A stretch of DNA of 44,473 nucleotides, taken from assembly GCA_046091085.1 (NCBI GenBank), contig JBJTAZ010000196.1, positions 1-44,473 of the forward strand, given 5' to 3'. Positions 26,775 to 36,120 of this stretch are shown piece by piece. A program made the translations under genes and the position numbers. The notes under the pieces are model-generated. The model had not been told where the DNA came from and did not search any database. It saw nothing but the letters and a program-made list of their open reading frames with translations. This DNA is from Nitrospiraceae bacterium (lineage in GTDB: Bacteria > Nitrospirota > Nitrospiria > Nitrospirales > Nitrospiraceae). Numbering within the stretch: position 1 is the first letter of the stretch; each line of letters starts with the position of its first letter.

Positions 26775-28061
26775 ATGTCACAATCCGCGCAGACCCTGCG
26801 GCACCGGTCGCGCCGGCCGGCTGTATGCCTGCGCGCCCTGTCGGTCGCCGCCATTGCCCTGGGACTCACTGCCGGCGCCTCGACCGCCGGAACGGACGAA
26901 CCGAGGCAGAGGGCCCGCGACCTGGGCATCGTGATCGGACGGTACCAGCCTGGCCCCTTGAACGCGATCACGGATGTCGCGGGAGTGACGGTCGGACAAG
27001 TCACGCTCATGAAGGGGCAGGGGACCTTGAAGCCGGGAGAAGGGCCGGTGCGCACCGGCGTGACCGTCGTGATCCCCCGCAACGATGTCTGGCACAAGAA
27101 CGTGCCGGCAGCCTCGTTCGTGCTGAACGGGACTGGGGAAATGACCGGGCTCGCCTGGGTCGCCGAATCCGGATTCCTGGAATATCCCATCGCCCTCACC
27201 AACACGCTCAACGTCCCGCGCGTGGCCAACGGGGTCATGAGCTGGATGATCGCCCGGTATCCGGACATCGGCATTACGGACGACACGCTCACGCCCGTGG
27301 TGGCGGAATGTGACGACAGCCGGCTGAACGACAGCCAAGGCCGGCACGTGTCCGAAGCGGACGTGGCCGCCGCGCTGGATGGCGCGACAGGCGGACCAGT
27401 GGCGGAGGGAGCGGTCGGGGCCGGCACCGGCATGGTCTCCTATGGCTTCAAAGGCGGAATCGGCACGGCCTCCCGCAGGTTGCCGGCTGAGGAAGGGGGC
27501 TACACGGTCGGCGTCCTGGTCAATGCCAACCATGGGCGGCGCGAGGAATTGGTCGTCGCCGGAGTGCCGGTCGGGAAGCTGTACGACAAAGGGCCAGGCC
27601 CCCAACACAGCCGGTCGCCCGGCGGAACAAACGACGGACTCGTGTCGCGTGACGCTGTGGCCGCGCGCGAACCCTGGCTCTCCGCCCAGGAAGGGTCCAT
27701 CATTATTCTGATCGCTACGGATGCCCCGCTGGACGCGCGGCAACTCGGGCGGGTCGCCAAACGGGCCTCGCTGGGCTTGGCCAGAACCGGCTCAACGGCC
27801 AGACATGGTAGCGGCGATTTCCTCCTGGCCTTTTCCACCGGCAACACCATCCCGCATTATCCGAAAGACCAAACCTTTGCCATGACTCACGTGGCGGATA
27901 CGCATCTCAACCCGGTCTTCAGCGCGACGGTGGAGGCGACGGAAGAGGCCATTCTCAACGCGCTGACCATGGCAGTAACGGTGGAAGGACGGGACGGGCG
28001 CCGCGTCGAGGCCCTCTCGCTCAGCCGGCTCAAGACCCTCTTGCAGCATGCAGTCCAATAG
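26775..28061 (+). CDS. DmpA/peptidase S58 family aminopeptidase with an N-terminal signal
   Basis: GVTVGQ, GAGTGM and a self-cleavage-type region EGSIIILIATDAPL ... HGSGDFLLAFST. The N-terminus RHRSRRPAV plus a hydrophobic stretch suggests export. Confidence 0.85.
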   Translation: MSQSAQTLRHRSRRPAVCLRALSVAAIALGLTAGASTAGTDEPRQRARDLGIVIGRYQPGPLNAITDVAGVTVGQVTLMKGQGTLKPGEGPVRTGVTVVIPRNDVWHKNVPAASFVLNGTGEMTGLAWVAESGFLEYPIALTNTLNVPRVANGVMSWMIARYPDIGITDDTLTPVVAECDDSRLNDSQGRHVSEADVAAALDGATGGPVAEGAVGAGTGMVSYGFKGGIGTASRRLPAEEGGYTVGVLVNANHGRREELVVAGVPVGKLYDKGPGPQHSRSPGGTNDGLVSRDAVAAREPWLSAQEGSIIILIATDAPLDARQLGRVAKRASLGLARTGSTARHGSGDFLLAFSTGNTIPHYPKDQTFAMTHVADTHLNPVFSATVEATEEAILNALTMAVTVEGRDGRRVEALSLSRLKTLLQHAVQ

Positions 28062-28063
28062 GG

Positions 28064-28104
28064 GAGGGGCTGGCTCCAACGCATCAGCCCCTCGCTTGCT
28101 TTTT
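28064..28104 (+). terminator. Intrinsic terminator ending the 22.0-28.1 kb gene string
   Basis: 9-bp stem GAGGGGCTG (28064-28072) / CAGCCCCTC (28085-28093), followed by GCTTGCTTTTT. Confidence 0.55.
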
Positions 28105-28182
28105 GCGCAAAGGCGCAGCTATCCTGGCCACGATCACTCGCGCGCTCCGCAACAGCGAGTTGTTTGGCACACATGAGGAACC

Positions 28183-28410
28183 ATGGCTGACTATCAAATC
28201 GGCGGCGGGCTCAAGCTGGTGACGGCCCTGGAGAAGACCCAGGCCTTCGCCGAATTTCTGAATACGCGGATGCTCCGCGCGCTGGAAACCCAGGATCCGA
28301 CTGAACTTCATTACCTTCTGGCGCAGCTGGACGATTTTCATTCGTATATGTGGCGGTACCACAAGAAGCTCCAAGCCGAGCGGGGCGAACGGTCCGACTT
28401 GGTCACCTAG
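28183..28410 (+). CDS. Hypothetical small protein (75 aa)
   Basis: GAGGAA RBS upstream of the ATG and a helical-looking sequence. No recognisable family. Confidence 0.5.
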   Translation: MADYQIGGGLKLVTALEKTQAFAEFLNTRMLRALETQDPTELHYLLAQLDDFHSYMWRYHKKLQAERGERSDLVT

Positions 28411-28440
28411 CCTGTTGCACCAGCGCATCCCAGGAATCAG

Positions 28441-29643
28441 ATGATACCGGGTACTCAGGGGTTCGGATTGCGATTTGCCGCGTCGGTCTCGCGCGAGCGG
28501 GACGCGAAGGCCGCCGGCCAGGCCCTCGCCCGTCAGGTCAGAGACGGGCTCGGCGGATCGGCAGACCTGGCCTTTCTCTTTTTCTCCGGCCAGTACGCAA
28601 ATCAGGCCGAGGCCCTCTCGGAGACCGTGCGGGCCGAGTTGGCCCCCAGCGTTTTGCTGGGCTGCTCGGGAGAAGGAATCATCGCCGGAACGGAAGAGAT
28701 CGAAGAGTCCGCCGCCGTGACGCTCTGGGCTGCCCGCATGCCGGGTGTTCGGGCCACGCCCCTGCGCTTCTTCGTGCCGGAGGGCGACACGGAACCGGAC
28801 CTGGACCGCTGGCCGGAGAACCTCGGCGAGGAGGACGTCTCGCCGACCTTCATCCGGTTGGCCGACCCCTTTACCACGCCGATGACGGAAGCGCTCTCGG
28901 TGCTGGCCGACCGCTGGCCCGGCGCCTCGGCCATCGGCGGGCTGGCCGGAGGCGGGCAAGATCAGGGCGGCAATCGCCTGCTCTTGAACGAATCGGTGCA
29001 TGACGGGGGCTTGGTCGGGGTGGCCCTCTCCGGCCCCGTCTCCATCCGCACCGTCGTCTCGCAAGGTTGCCGTCCAATCGGCGACCCGTTCGTGGTAACC
29101 AAGTCGGAGCAGAACGTGATCCATGAACTGGGCGGGACCCCAGCATTGGAGCGGCTACAGGCGGTGTTCGAGTCTCTGGCCGGCGACGAGCGGCGCATGG
29201 CGCACCAAGCCTTGCACGTCGGCATCGTCATCGACGAGCACCGAGAACGGTTCGAGCGTGGCGACTTTCTGATCCGCAATCTGATCGGCGCGGACCGCAG
29301 CTCGGGCAGCGTGGCCATCGGCGATCACGTCCAGGAAGGGCAGACCGTCCAGTTCCATCTGCGCGACGCCAAATCGGCCAGCGAAGATTTGAACCTGTTG
29401 CTCGCGCTGGATCGGACCAGACACGAGCAGCCGCCGATTGGGGCGCTCCTCTTCAGTTGCTGCGGGAGGGGACGGGGGCTGTTCGGGCGGCCGCATCACG
29501 ACGTCAGCGTACTGCGGGAGCGGGCCGGCGACATTCCCGTGGCCGGATTCTTCGCCCAGGGCGAGATCGGCCCGGTGGGCGGCAGCAATTTCCTGCACGG
29601 GTACACGGCCAGCCTGGCCCTGTTCTCCGAGCCGGATCGATGA
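28441..29643 (+). CDS. FIST (FIST_N + FIST_C) domain protein
   Basis: About 400 aa with the characteristic C-terminal GFFAQGEIGP...FLHGYTASLALF. Confidence 0.78.
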   Translation: MIPGTQGFGLRFAASVSRERDAKAAGQALARQVRDGLGGSADLAFLFFSGQYANQAEALSETVRAELAPSVLLGCSGEGIIAGTEEIEESAAVTLWAARMPGVRATPLRFFVPEGDTEPDLDRWPENLGEEDVSPTFIRLADPFTTPMTEALSVLADRWPGASAIGGLAGGGQDQGGNRLLLNESVHDGGLVGVALSGPVSIRTVVSQGCRPIGDPFVVTKSEQNVIHELGGTPALERLQAVFESLAGDERRMAHQALHVGIVIDEHRERFERGDFLIRNLIGADRSSGSVAIGDHVQEGQTVQFHLRDAKSASEDLNLLLALDRTRHEQPPIGALLFSCCGRGRGLFGRPHHDVSVLRERAGDIPVAGFFAQGEIGPVGGSNFLHGYTASLALFSEPDR

Positions 29644-29680
29644 AAAACGGGCCCCGCCCGATCGAATGGAGGGAATCGGC

Positions 29681-30115
29681 ATGCGCGCACTCTGGATGAT
29701 CGCCGCCCTGCTACTGGGAACGGTCAGTTGGGACGCAGCGGCGGCAGCGGAGGAGAAAAAATCCTCCTCCGGCCAGATGGCCACCACCGACTCAGGGCTC
29801 CAATACATCGATCTGGTCGACGGCAAGGGCCGGCAAGCCGAATTGGGCGACACCGCCACGGTCCATTACACAGGCTGGCTGGCCAACGGCACCAAGTTCG
29901 ACAGTTCCGTGGATCGCGGCCAGCCCTTTGCCTTTCGCGTCGGCGCCGGACAGGTCATCAAAGGCTGGGACGAAGGGGTCGGCACGATGAAAATCGGCGG
30001 CAAGCGCAAGCTGATCATCCCGCCGGACCTCGCCTACGGCTCTCGCGGCGCCGGCAACGTCGTTCCGCCCAACGCCACGCTCACCTTTGAAGTCGAACTG
30101 CTCGGACTACGGTAG
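29681..30115 (+). CDS. FKBP-type peptidyl-prolyl cis-trans isomerase, secreted
   Basis: Signal peptide followed by VHYTGWL.NGTKFDSS...F.VG.GQVIKGWDEG...M..G.KR.L.IPP.L.YG. Confidence 0.9.
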   Translation: MRALWMIAALLLGTVSWDAAAAAEEKKSSSGQMATTDSGLQYIDLVDGKGRQAELGDTATVHYTGWLANGTKFDSSVDRGQPFAFRVGAGQVIKGWDEGVGTMKIGGKRKLIIPPDLAYGSRGAGNVVPPNATLTFEVELLGLR

Positions 30116-30123
30116 GGGGAACA

Positions 30124-31215
30124 ATGAAGCGGACGCCTTTGTACGACAGACATGTGACCGCCGGCGCCAAGCTGGTGGACTTCGCCGGCTGGGAGATGCC
30201 GATCCAGTATTCGGGAGTCGTGGACGAGTACCAGACCGTTCGCACCGCCGCCGGACTCTTCGACGTCAGCCACATGGGCCGATTCACGGTGGAGGGCCGC
30301 GAGGCAGCGGCGTTCCTGCAGACCGTCACGACGAGCAACGTTGTGCCCGTGGCGATCGGCGCGGCCCAATACTCCATGGTCTGCAATCCGAGCGGCGGCA
30401 TCAAGGACGATATCTTCATCTACCGCCTGGCCGAGACTCGGTTTCTCCTCTGCATCAACGCGTCGAACCGCGACAAGATTTTTTCCTGGTTCTGCGCCAA
30501 GGCTCCGCAAGGCGACGTGCGCCTCAGCGACGAGAGCGACGAACTGGCCCAGATCGCGCTGCAAGGGCCGAAGGCGCCGGCGATCCTGCTGGGCCTCTGT
30601 CCCGCAGCCGGCGCCCTGAAGCCCAGGCAGTGCCTGGAGGTCAGCCTGCTGGGCGCGCAGACCATGGTGTCCAGAACCGGCTACACGGGCGAGGTCGGCT
30701 ATGAACTCTACCTGCCTTCGTCGTCGGCCAAGGCGGTCTGGGATGCGCTGATGAAGGCCGGGGCGGCGTTCGGCCTCAAACCCTGCGGTTTGGGCTCCCG
30801 GGATTTGCTCCGCCTGGACGTCGGCTACCTGCTGTATGGGAACGATATCGACGAACAGACCACGCCACTGGAAGCCAGCGCGGCCTTTGCGGTGGATTTC
30901 ACCAAGGGGGAGTTCGTCGGCAGCCAGGCCTTGCAGGCGCAACGGGCGAAGGGGCCGGACAAGAAACTGGTTGGGTTCGAACTGCTCGAAAAGGGCGTGC
31001 CCCGCCATGGGATGAAGATCCTGGCCGGGGGGCAAGAAGTCGGCCTTGTCTCCAGCGGCAATCTGTCGCCTCGCTTGCAGAAAGGCATCGGCTTGGGTTA
31101 CGTCCCGGCCAAGCTCAGCGAGCCGGGGACGGCCCTTCACATCGACATCCGGGGCCGTCTGCACCCGGCCCTCGTCGTCAAGCTGCCCTTTTACAAGCGG
31201 ACGTCGCCTGCGTGA
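30124..31215 (+). CDS. gcvT: Glycine cleavage system T protein (aminomethyltransferase)
   Basis: MKRTPLYDRHV..GAKLVDFAGWEMPIQY, FDVSHMG and GYTGE blocks. Confidence 0.93.
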   Translation: MKRTPLYDRHVTAGAKLVDFAGWEMPIQYSGVVDEYQTVRTAAGLFDVSHMGRFTVEGREAAAFLQTVTTSNVVPVAIGAAQYSMVCNPSGGIKDDIFIYRLAETRFLLCINASNRDKIFSWFCAKAPQGDVRLSDESDELAQIALQGPKAPAILLGLCPAAGALKPRQCLEVSLLGAQTMVSRTGYTGEVGYELYLPSSSAKAVWDALMKAGAAFGLKPCGLGSRDLLRLDVGYLLYGNDIDEQTTPLEASAAFAVDFTKGEFVGSQALQAQRAKGPDKKLVGFELLEKGVPRHGMKILAGGQEVGLVSSGNLSPRLQKGIGLGYVPAKLSEPGTALHIDIRGRLHPALVVKLPFYKRTSPA

Positions 31216-31727
31216 CCAAGAATATCTACACGGGGCGGGTGGTGACGCTGAACCTGGATACGGTCACCCTGCCCAACGGCGCGACCGTCGAGTTGGAAAC
31301 GATCCGCCATCCTGGCGCCGCCGCAGTCGTGCCGCTGAAGGACGACGGGACCGTGGTCCTGATCCGGCAATTCCGCCACGCGGCGGGCGGGTTCATCTAC
31401 GAGATCCCGGCCGGCAAGTTGGCGCCGGGCGAGGACCCGCTGCTCTGCGCCGCACGCGAGATGGAAGAAGAGATCGGCTATCGGGCCGGCTCGCTCGACC
31501 TGCTGGCCAGTATCTTCACCGCCCCCGGGTTTGCCGACGAAGTCATCCACATCTACCTGGGCACCGACCTATCCCTGAGCAAGCAGCAACTGGAACATGA
31601 CGAAGTGTTGGAGATCGTCGAGATGCCGCTGGAGAACGCCCTCGCCATGATTCGCGATGGCGTTATCCGCGACGGAAAAACGATCGTGGGGCTTCAGTCG
31701 GTCTACCTGCGGCAACAGACCCGCTAA
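31212..31727 (+). CDS. NUDIX hydrolase (ADP-ribose pyrophosphatase-like)
   Basis: Complete Nudix box GKLAPGEDPLLCAAREMEEEIGY. The GTG start overlaps the gcvT stop (GTGA). Confidence 0.85.
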   Translation: MTKNIYTGRVVTLNLDTVTLPNGATVELETIRHPGAAAVVPLKDDGTVVLIRQFRHAAGGFIYEIPAGKLAPGEDPLLCAAREMEEEIGYRAGSLDLLASIFTAPGFADEVIHIYLGTDLSLSKQQLEHDEVLEIVEMPLENALAMIRDGVIRDGKTIVGLQSVYLRQQTR

Positions 31728-31785
31728 GCCGCCCAACTCCGAGACCCGGCGACGAGGACCGGGGCAGGTCTCGCACGTTCGTACG

Positions 31786-32631
31786 ATGGCTATGACACGA
31801 TTCCTCCACATCGCCGCGCTCCTCGGTCTGGTCGCGACCGGGCTAGCCGGATGCCAATCAGGTCCGCCTCCGAACGGCCAAGCGCCGGCCGTCCACAGGC
31901 TCCTCGTCGCCAAGAGCCACGTCAAGGAAGCCGTCGAGCACGAACGCGCCTTCGCCCGCTACTACGACGTGAAAGCCCCGGCTGGGGAGAACTGGTTCGC
32001 GATCGACCTAGGCGCCACGCCGGTGTTGGTGGTGGCGGGCCATGCCACGACGCACACTCGAGAGGGATCGCGCAAAGCGGCGGACCGGGGCACGGGATCA
32101 CTCGCCGTCATGCTGCACAAACTGACCGGTGTCACGGCGATCTACACCGTGTACGAAAGTCCGTCCGACCCCAACGACGACGACGGCAATGCGTTCAAAG
32201 AGTCCGTTTCGAACCTGCTCCAAGAGCTGCAACCGGCGCTGGTCCTCGACTTGCACGCATCCCACGCAGACCGGCCCTATGCGGTGGACTTCGGGACGAT
32301 GGAAGGCCGCTCGCTCCTGGAGCGAGGGGATCTCTTGCCCAGGCTGGAAGATGCCTTACGCAGGGAAGGGGTGCAGGACCTCTCGCACGACTACTTCTCG
32401 GCCCAGCGCCATCAGACGATCACCAAGTGGGTCTCCGGTCACGGGGTACCCTGCATCCAACTGGAAATCAACTCCACCTGGCTGACCCATGCCGGCGACC
32501 ATCCGGCCGAGCATCACCGCTTCGAACAGCTGCTTCAGGGACTGGTGAATTTTCTGCAAGGCTTCGAACCGGCGGACACCGGCAAGGAGTCGGCGCTCCA
32601 TCCACTCCCGCCGCTCCTGATTGCGCGCTGA
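31786..32631 (+). CDS. Hypothetical lipoprotein, possibly amidohydrolase-like
   Basis: Lipobox LAGC. VVAGHATTHTREG and LDLHAS blocks are reminiscent of the N-formylglutamate amidohydrolase / M14-like fold. This assignment is weak. Confidence 0.55.
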   Translation: MAMTRFLHIAALLGLVATGLAGCQSGPPPNGQAPAVHRLLVAKSHVKEAVEHERAFARYYDVKAPAGENWFAIDLGATPVLVVAGHATTHTREGSRKAADRGTGSLAVMLHKLTGVTAIYTVYESPSDPNDDDGNAFKESVSNLLQELQPALVLDLHASHADRPYAVDFGTMEGRSLLERGDLLPRLEDALRREGVQDLSHDYFSAQRHQTITKWVSGHGVPCIQLEINSTWLTHAGDHPAEHHRFEQLLQGLVNFLQGFEPADTGKESALHPLPPLLIAR

Positions 32632-32640
32632 ACGGACCCG

Positions 32641-33423
32641 CTACTTGTGTCCCAGGACGAGCCAGTCCCAGGGGAGGGCTTTGCCGTTGAGCCGGGGATG
32701 GTCCTCCTCCAGCCCTTCTTCTGACCAGGGAATCCACACGCGACGAGCGATGCATTTGCGGAATCCCGCCTGCCGCATCGAATCGAGAATTTCCGGTTTC
32801 GAAAAATACTTTTGCGTCACACCGTCGCACATAAGGACGCCCCTGGAGAGCAGCGTCCGCTTCGTCGCTCCGGTCAAACGGCCATCCTTGATCGTGCGAT
32901 GCACGAAGAGCGTGGACTCCAGCGACGGCACCACAAGCAAGGCGACCCCCCTGGGATTCGTCAGCTTCCACAGGGATTGCAGCATCGTGGTTCTGATCCG
33001 CTTGCTCGGAGAGGTCACGACGTTCAGGCAGACCGTCAGATCTCCGGTCGGCATCGTGGCGTGATCGATCCGGCTCAGATCGGCTTGCAGCCAGCGCACG
33101 TTGCGGATGCCGCGGCAACGACGCTGCGCGTACGTAAGCATGTTCCGCGAGAAGTCGGATCCATAGACGGAGCGGAAGCGAGGGCCGTAGGTCCGGATGA
33201 ACGTCCCGATCCCGCAGCCCACATCGAGCAAGACGGATTGCGAGAAGTCGCGGCGCAGGCCCTCGATGGTCCACTCGATCACCCCGCGGCGATCCGCCGC
33301 GACGATGTCGCATACCTCGCCCTCGAAGGCATGGGCGAGGCGTTCCCAGGAACGCTGTGTCAGACTGGATGGTGCCGGCGATGAAGAAAGGTTAGGCGCC
33401 AAGACGGTCCCATTCTCGCGCAA
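32641..33423 (-). CDS. Class I SAM-dependent methyltransferase
   Basis: Motif I VLLDVGCGIGTF. The start is non-ATG (TTG at 33423 or 33402) and overlaps the end of the upstream NAT gene. Confidence 0.78.
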   Translation of the reverse strand: MRENGTVLAPNLSSSPAPSSLTQRSWERLAHAFEGEVCDIVAADRRGVIEWTIEGLRRDFSQSVLLDVGCGIGTFIRTYGPRFRSVYGSDFSRNMLTYAQRRCRGIRNVRWLQADLSRIDHATMPTGDLTVCLNVVTSPSKRIRTTMLQSLWKLTNPRGVALLVVPSLESTLFVHRTIKDGRLTGATKRTLLSRGVLMCDGVTQKYFSKPEILDSMRQAGFRKCIARRVWIPWSEEGLEEDHPRLNGKALPWDWLVLGHK

Positions 33424-34234
33424 CGTCCGCGGCGAGGTCCTCCTGCTCGATCCCGAAGTGCGCCTTCAACAGCGTGCGCAATTCGTCCGGGCGATCCACC
33501 TTGGAGTGACTGGTTGCCTCCCCCGTCCGAATCTTGAACTTCCGATCGAGCAGCATCACGCGTCCCTCGGTCGTCGGTTTCGTACAGATGACGTGCCGCA
33601 CAAAGAGCGACTCCGGCGCATGCGAATGGTAATAGTTCGCCAGAATATAGTCTTCCGGCCCATATCGTTCAAGCGTAAATTCATAGAGGTCGTGCCAGGC
33701 GTCCGACGTCTCGAACTGAAGGCCGTATGAGATCCCGTGCCGGCTCTCGCGGCCGACCAGGCGAAAGTGGTCCTGGTACTGCCGCTCTTCGTGGCCGGCG
33801 TGAAGCGGGAAGGGCGCGATCAGCCCGTTGCCCCCGAACCCGACGTCGGCGATCCATCGGTCGCTCCCGACCTCCACGAGCAGCACCTCGTGGCTGCGCG
33901 GCCTGGCCTGAGCGGCGCCGTACAGCACGCGCGCCAGCAGCCGGTGCACCGTGAAGCCGAGCTGTTCGAGCACGACCGCGAAGAGGCCGTTGAGTTCGTA
34001 ACAGTAGCCGCCGCGCCGTTGCTGGACGATCTTGTGGAACAGGGCCGCAGGCTCGAGGGAGATCGGCCGCCTCAGATGCACGTCGAGGTTTTCGAAGGGC
34101 ACGGTCAGGGCATGGGCTTCATGGAGGCCTCGCAAGCACGCCAACGAGACATCCAGCGACCCGCAATAGCCGAGCCGGGCGGCATAGGCGGCGACATCGA
34201 GTCCAGCCTCTCCCCTGGTTTGCGGATTGCGCAT
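33392..34234 (-). CDS. Arylamine N-acetyltransferase (NAT) family
   Basis: VPFENLD, the catalytic Cys context RRGGYCYELNG, and SHEVLLV...WIADVGFG. Start is ATG 34234; the longer ORF-track version is an artefact. Confidence 0.85.
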   Translation of the reverse strand: MRNPQTRGEAGLDVAAYAARLGYCGSLDVSLACLRGLHEAHALTVPFENLDVHLRRPISLEPAALFHKIVQQRRGGYCYELNGLFAVVLEQLGFTVHRLLARVLYGAAQARPRSHEVLLVEVGSDRWIADVGFGGNGLIAPFPLHAGHEERQYQDHFRLVGRESRHGISYGLQFETSDAWHDLYEFTLERYGPEDYILANYYHSHAPESLFVRHVICTKPTTEGRVMLLDRKFKIRTGEATSHSKVDRPDELRTLLKAHFGIEQEDLAADVAREWDRLGA

Positions 34235-34239
34235 GGGGT

Positions 34240-35562
34240 TCAGTTCGCGAGGGACTTGACCGCCTGCAGGGTCTTCTCGACCTCTTCCGCCGACGTCACG
34301 AGGCTCGGCGCCAAGCGCACATACTTGACGGCGTATGGGGTTTCGCTGGCGATGATCTGGCGCTCGCGCAGGCGCGCGACCGCCTGTTCCGGCTTCATGC
34401 CGGCGATGTCGAGGCAGACGATCCCCGCCGAGAGGTCCTCCGCCATCGGCGTATGGACCGTCACATGCGCCATCCGGGCCAACCCCTCTTTCAGCTGCCG
34501 GTTCAAAGCATGCACCCGCTCCGCGATGCGCGCCTTGCCGATGGCCAGATGGAACCGGAAGGCTTCGTTCAGCGCCCACCGGTGCTCGAAAGAGTGGAAT
34601 CCGCCGGGCGTCATCAGAGCCGACCGTGGAACCGCCTTCGGCGGAATGTCCTTCATCCAAATTCGGTAGGCCTCCATGTTGAACGTCGGAATGGTCGCCT
34701 GCGCGGCGGGCCAAGCCCCTGGCCGGCCCCACACGAGCCCCGTGCCGCGAGGGCCGAGCATCCACTTGTGACAGCCGGCGATGAAAAAGTCGCAGCCCAG
34801 GTCGGCCATCGTCGCGTTCTCCAGACCGAATCCGTGGACCCCGTCCACGCAAAAGATCACGCGGTCGCCTTCCGCGCGCGACGCGTTGACCCGGGCCAGT
34901 GCATCGGCCATCGCGCGGATCGGCAACTTGAGCCCTGTGCTCGAATGGACCCAGGTCACGGCCACGTAGCGCGTGTGCGGCTTGATGTGTTGCATGAGGG
35001 TCTCGACGATTTCCGGCGTCGAAACCGTTTTCAGGTCCCGATACAAGGGAATCGTCCGCACCGAGGCGCCGGTGCGCTCGGCCCGATGTTGCAGCGACAT
35101 CTGGGTCGAGTAGTGATCGTGGGTCGTGGTCAGGATTTCCTGCCCTTCACGAAGGGCCAGCCCTCCATATAAGAGCCCCAGGCCCATGGTTGTGCTGTCG
35201 GTCAAGGCGATGTCGGTGGGAGCGGCGCCCAGATATTCGGCGGCGGCCCGCAGGACCTCGGCTTCGAATCGCTCCTCGTTGTCGAGCCAGTAATGGGCCG
35301 GGTTCTCGTCGAGGCCGCGGCGGTGCCGCTCGATCGCGGCGCGCACGGACGTCGGGTGCGACGCCAGCAGGAAACCCGTCATATGGATGAAGTCGTGCGA
35401 CAGAAGAAACTGTTTACGCACAGCCGCCCAGTCGGTGGGGGTGGGCGAGGAAGCGGCGGCTTGGGCTAGTGATGACACAGCGCCGGCGAGGAGGCCTGCG
35501 CCGAGCGTGAGTCCGGTACGGATCAGAAACGCGCGGCGGTCCGGATCGGGAAGACGCTCCAT
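34240..35562 (-). CDS. Class V aminotransferase-fold PLP enzyme with a Tat signal
   Basis: N-terminus DRRAFLIRTGLTLGAGLLAG..AQA and PLP lysine context AGCHKW. It resembles isopenicillin-N-epimerase / cysteine-desulfurase-like enzymes. Confidence 0.82.
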   Translation of the reverse strand: MERLPDPDRRAFLIRTGLTLGAGLLAGAVSSLAQAAASSPTPTDWAAVRKQFLLSHDFIHMTGFLLASHPTSVRAAIERHRRGLDENPAHYWLDNEERFEAEVLRAAAEYLGAAPTDIALTDSTTMGLGLLYGGLALREGQEILTTTHDHYSTQMSLQHRAERTGASVRTIPLYRDLKTVSTPEIVETLMQHIKPHTRYVAVTWVHSSTGLKLPIRAMADALARVNASRAEGDRVIFCVDGVHGFGLENATMADLGCDFFIAGCHKWMLGPRGTGLVWGRPGAWPAAQATIPTFNMEAYRIWMKDIPPKAVPRSALMTPGGFHSFEHRWALNEAFRFHLAIGKARIAERVHALNRQLKEGLARMAHVTVHTPMAEDLSAGIVCLDIAGMKPEQAVARLRERQIIASETPYAVKYVRLAPSLVTSAEEVEKTLQAVKSLAN

Positions 35563-35598
35563 GGCATCACCTGCCTTTCTATGCACTCCCACGATCTC

Positions 35599-35627
35599 AC
35601 TATACAACCCTGGCCTTGGCAAACCAA
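35599..35627 (-). promoter_or_regulatory. Weak sigma70 promoter candidate for the PLP-enzyme/NAT/MTase operon
   Basis: Minus strand reads TTGGTT, a 17-nt spacer, then TATAGT, about 37 nt upstream of ATG 35562. Confidence 0.3.
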
Positions 35628-35683
35628 GGGCGCGCCCGCGAAGCGGTGACACGATATGAGGCGTTGGGACTTCTGCGGCGGCT

Positions 35684-35730
35684 GGGGAAGGAAAGAAGGG
35701 GAACGCGGGGCCTCGTCGTACCGAGGCCCC
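35684..35730 (-). terminator. Intrinsic terminator after the 35757-36104 gene
   Basis: 9-bp stem GGGGCCTCG / CGAGGCCCC (35707-35730) with a 6-nt loop. On the minus strand it is followed by GCGTTCCCCTTCTTTCCTT. Confidence 0.5.
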
Positions 35731-35756
35731 GTCCCTCATCATCACGAATGAGACCG

Positions 35757-36104
35757 CTATTTGACCTCGACGGTGATCGTCGTGGTCGCAGCCACCGGTT
35801 TATGATCCTTGGTGGCTCCGGTCACGGCGATCTGGTGCTTGCCAGGAGCGACGCCTTTAAAAGTGCCGCCGAAGCCCTTCTGATACTGGCCGTCCAAGTA
35901 GACATGGGCATGGGCCGCCTGCGAGCCCTTGGTCAGCTCGTATTTCAGGTCGAAGGTCTCGCCGACCGTGGCTCCGTCCGTGGGAGCCGTGATGGTGATT
36001 GTCGAGCCATCCTCGATCGGCTGGTCCGCGGCAAAAGCCGCTACGCCCATGGCCCACATCATCAGTGCCGCCGTCACCACTCCGAACAACCGATTGAACG
36101 ACAT
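35757..36104 (-). CDS. Secreted beta-rich protein, possibly DUF4399-like
   Basis: AGGAGG RBS and signal peptide ...GVAAFA|ADQ. The AAHAHVYLDGQ block is why I suggest DUF4399; the family call is tentative. Confidence 0.62.
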   Translation of the reverse strand: MSFNRLFGVVTAALMMWAMGVAAFAADQPIEDGSTITITAPTDGATVGETFDLKYELTKGSQAAHAHVYLDGQYQKGFGGTFKGVAPGKHQIAVTGATKDHKPVAATTTITVEVK

Positions 36105-36120
36105 CACGTCCTCCTTCTCT

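Noticed and set aside
24965-27433. 822-aa ORF on the minus strand
   Set aside because: It is antisense to the beta-CASP, zinc-ribbon and DmpA genes, all of which have clear family motifs. Its composition is Arg/Gly/Ala/Pro-rich.
34235-34852. Upstream extension of the NAT ORF (486-aa version)
   Set aside because: It overlaps the C-terminal part of the class V PLP enzyme gene in another frame. The NAT family N-terminus begins at ATG 34234.
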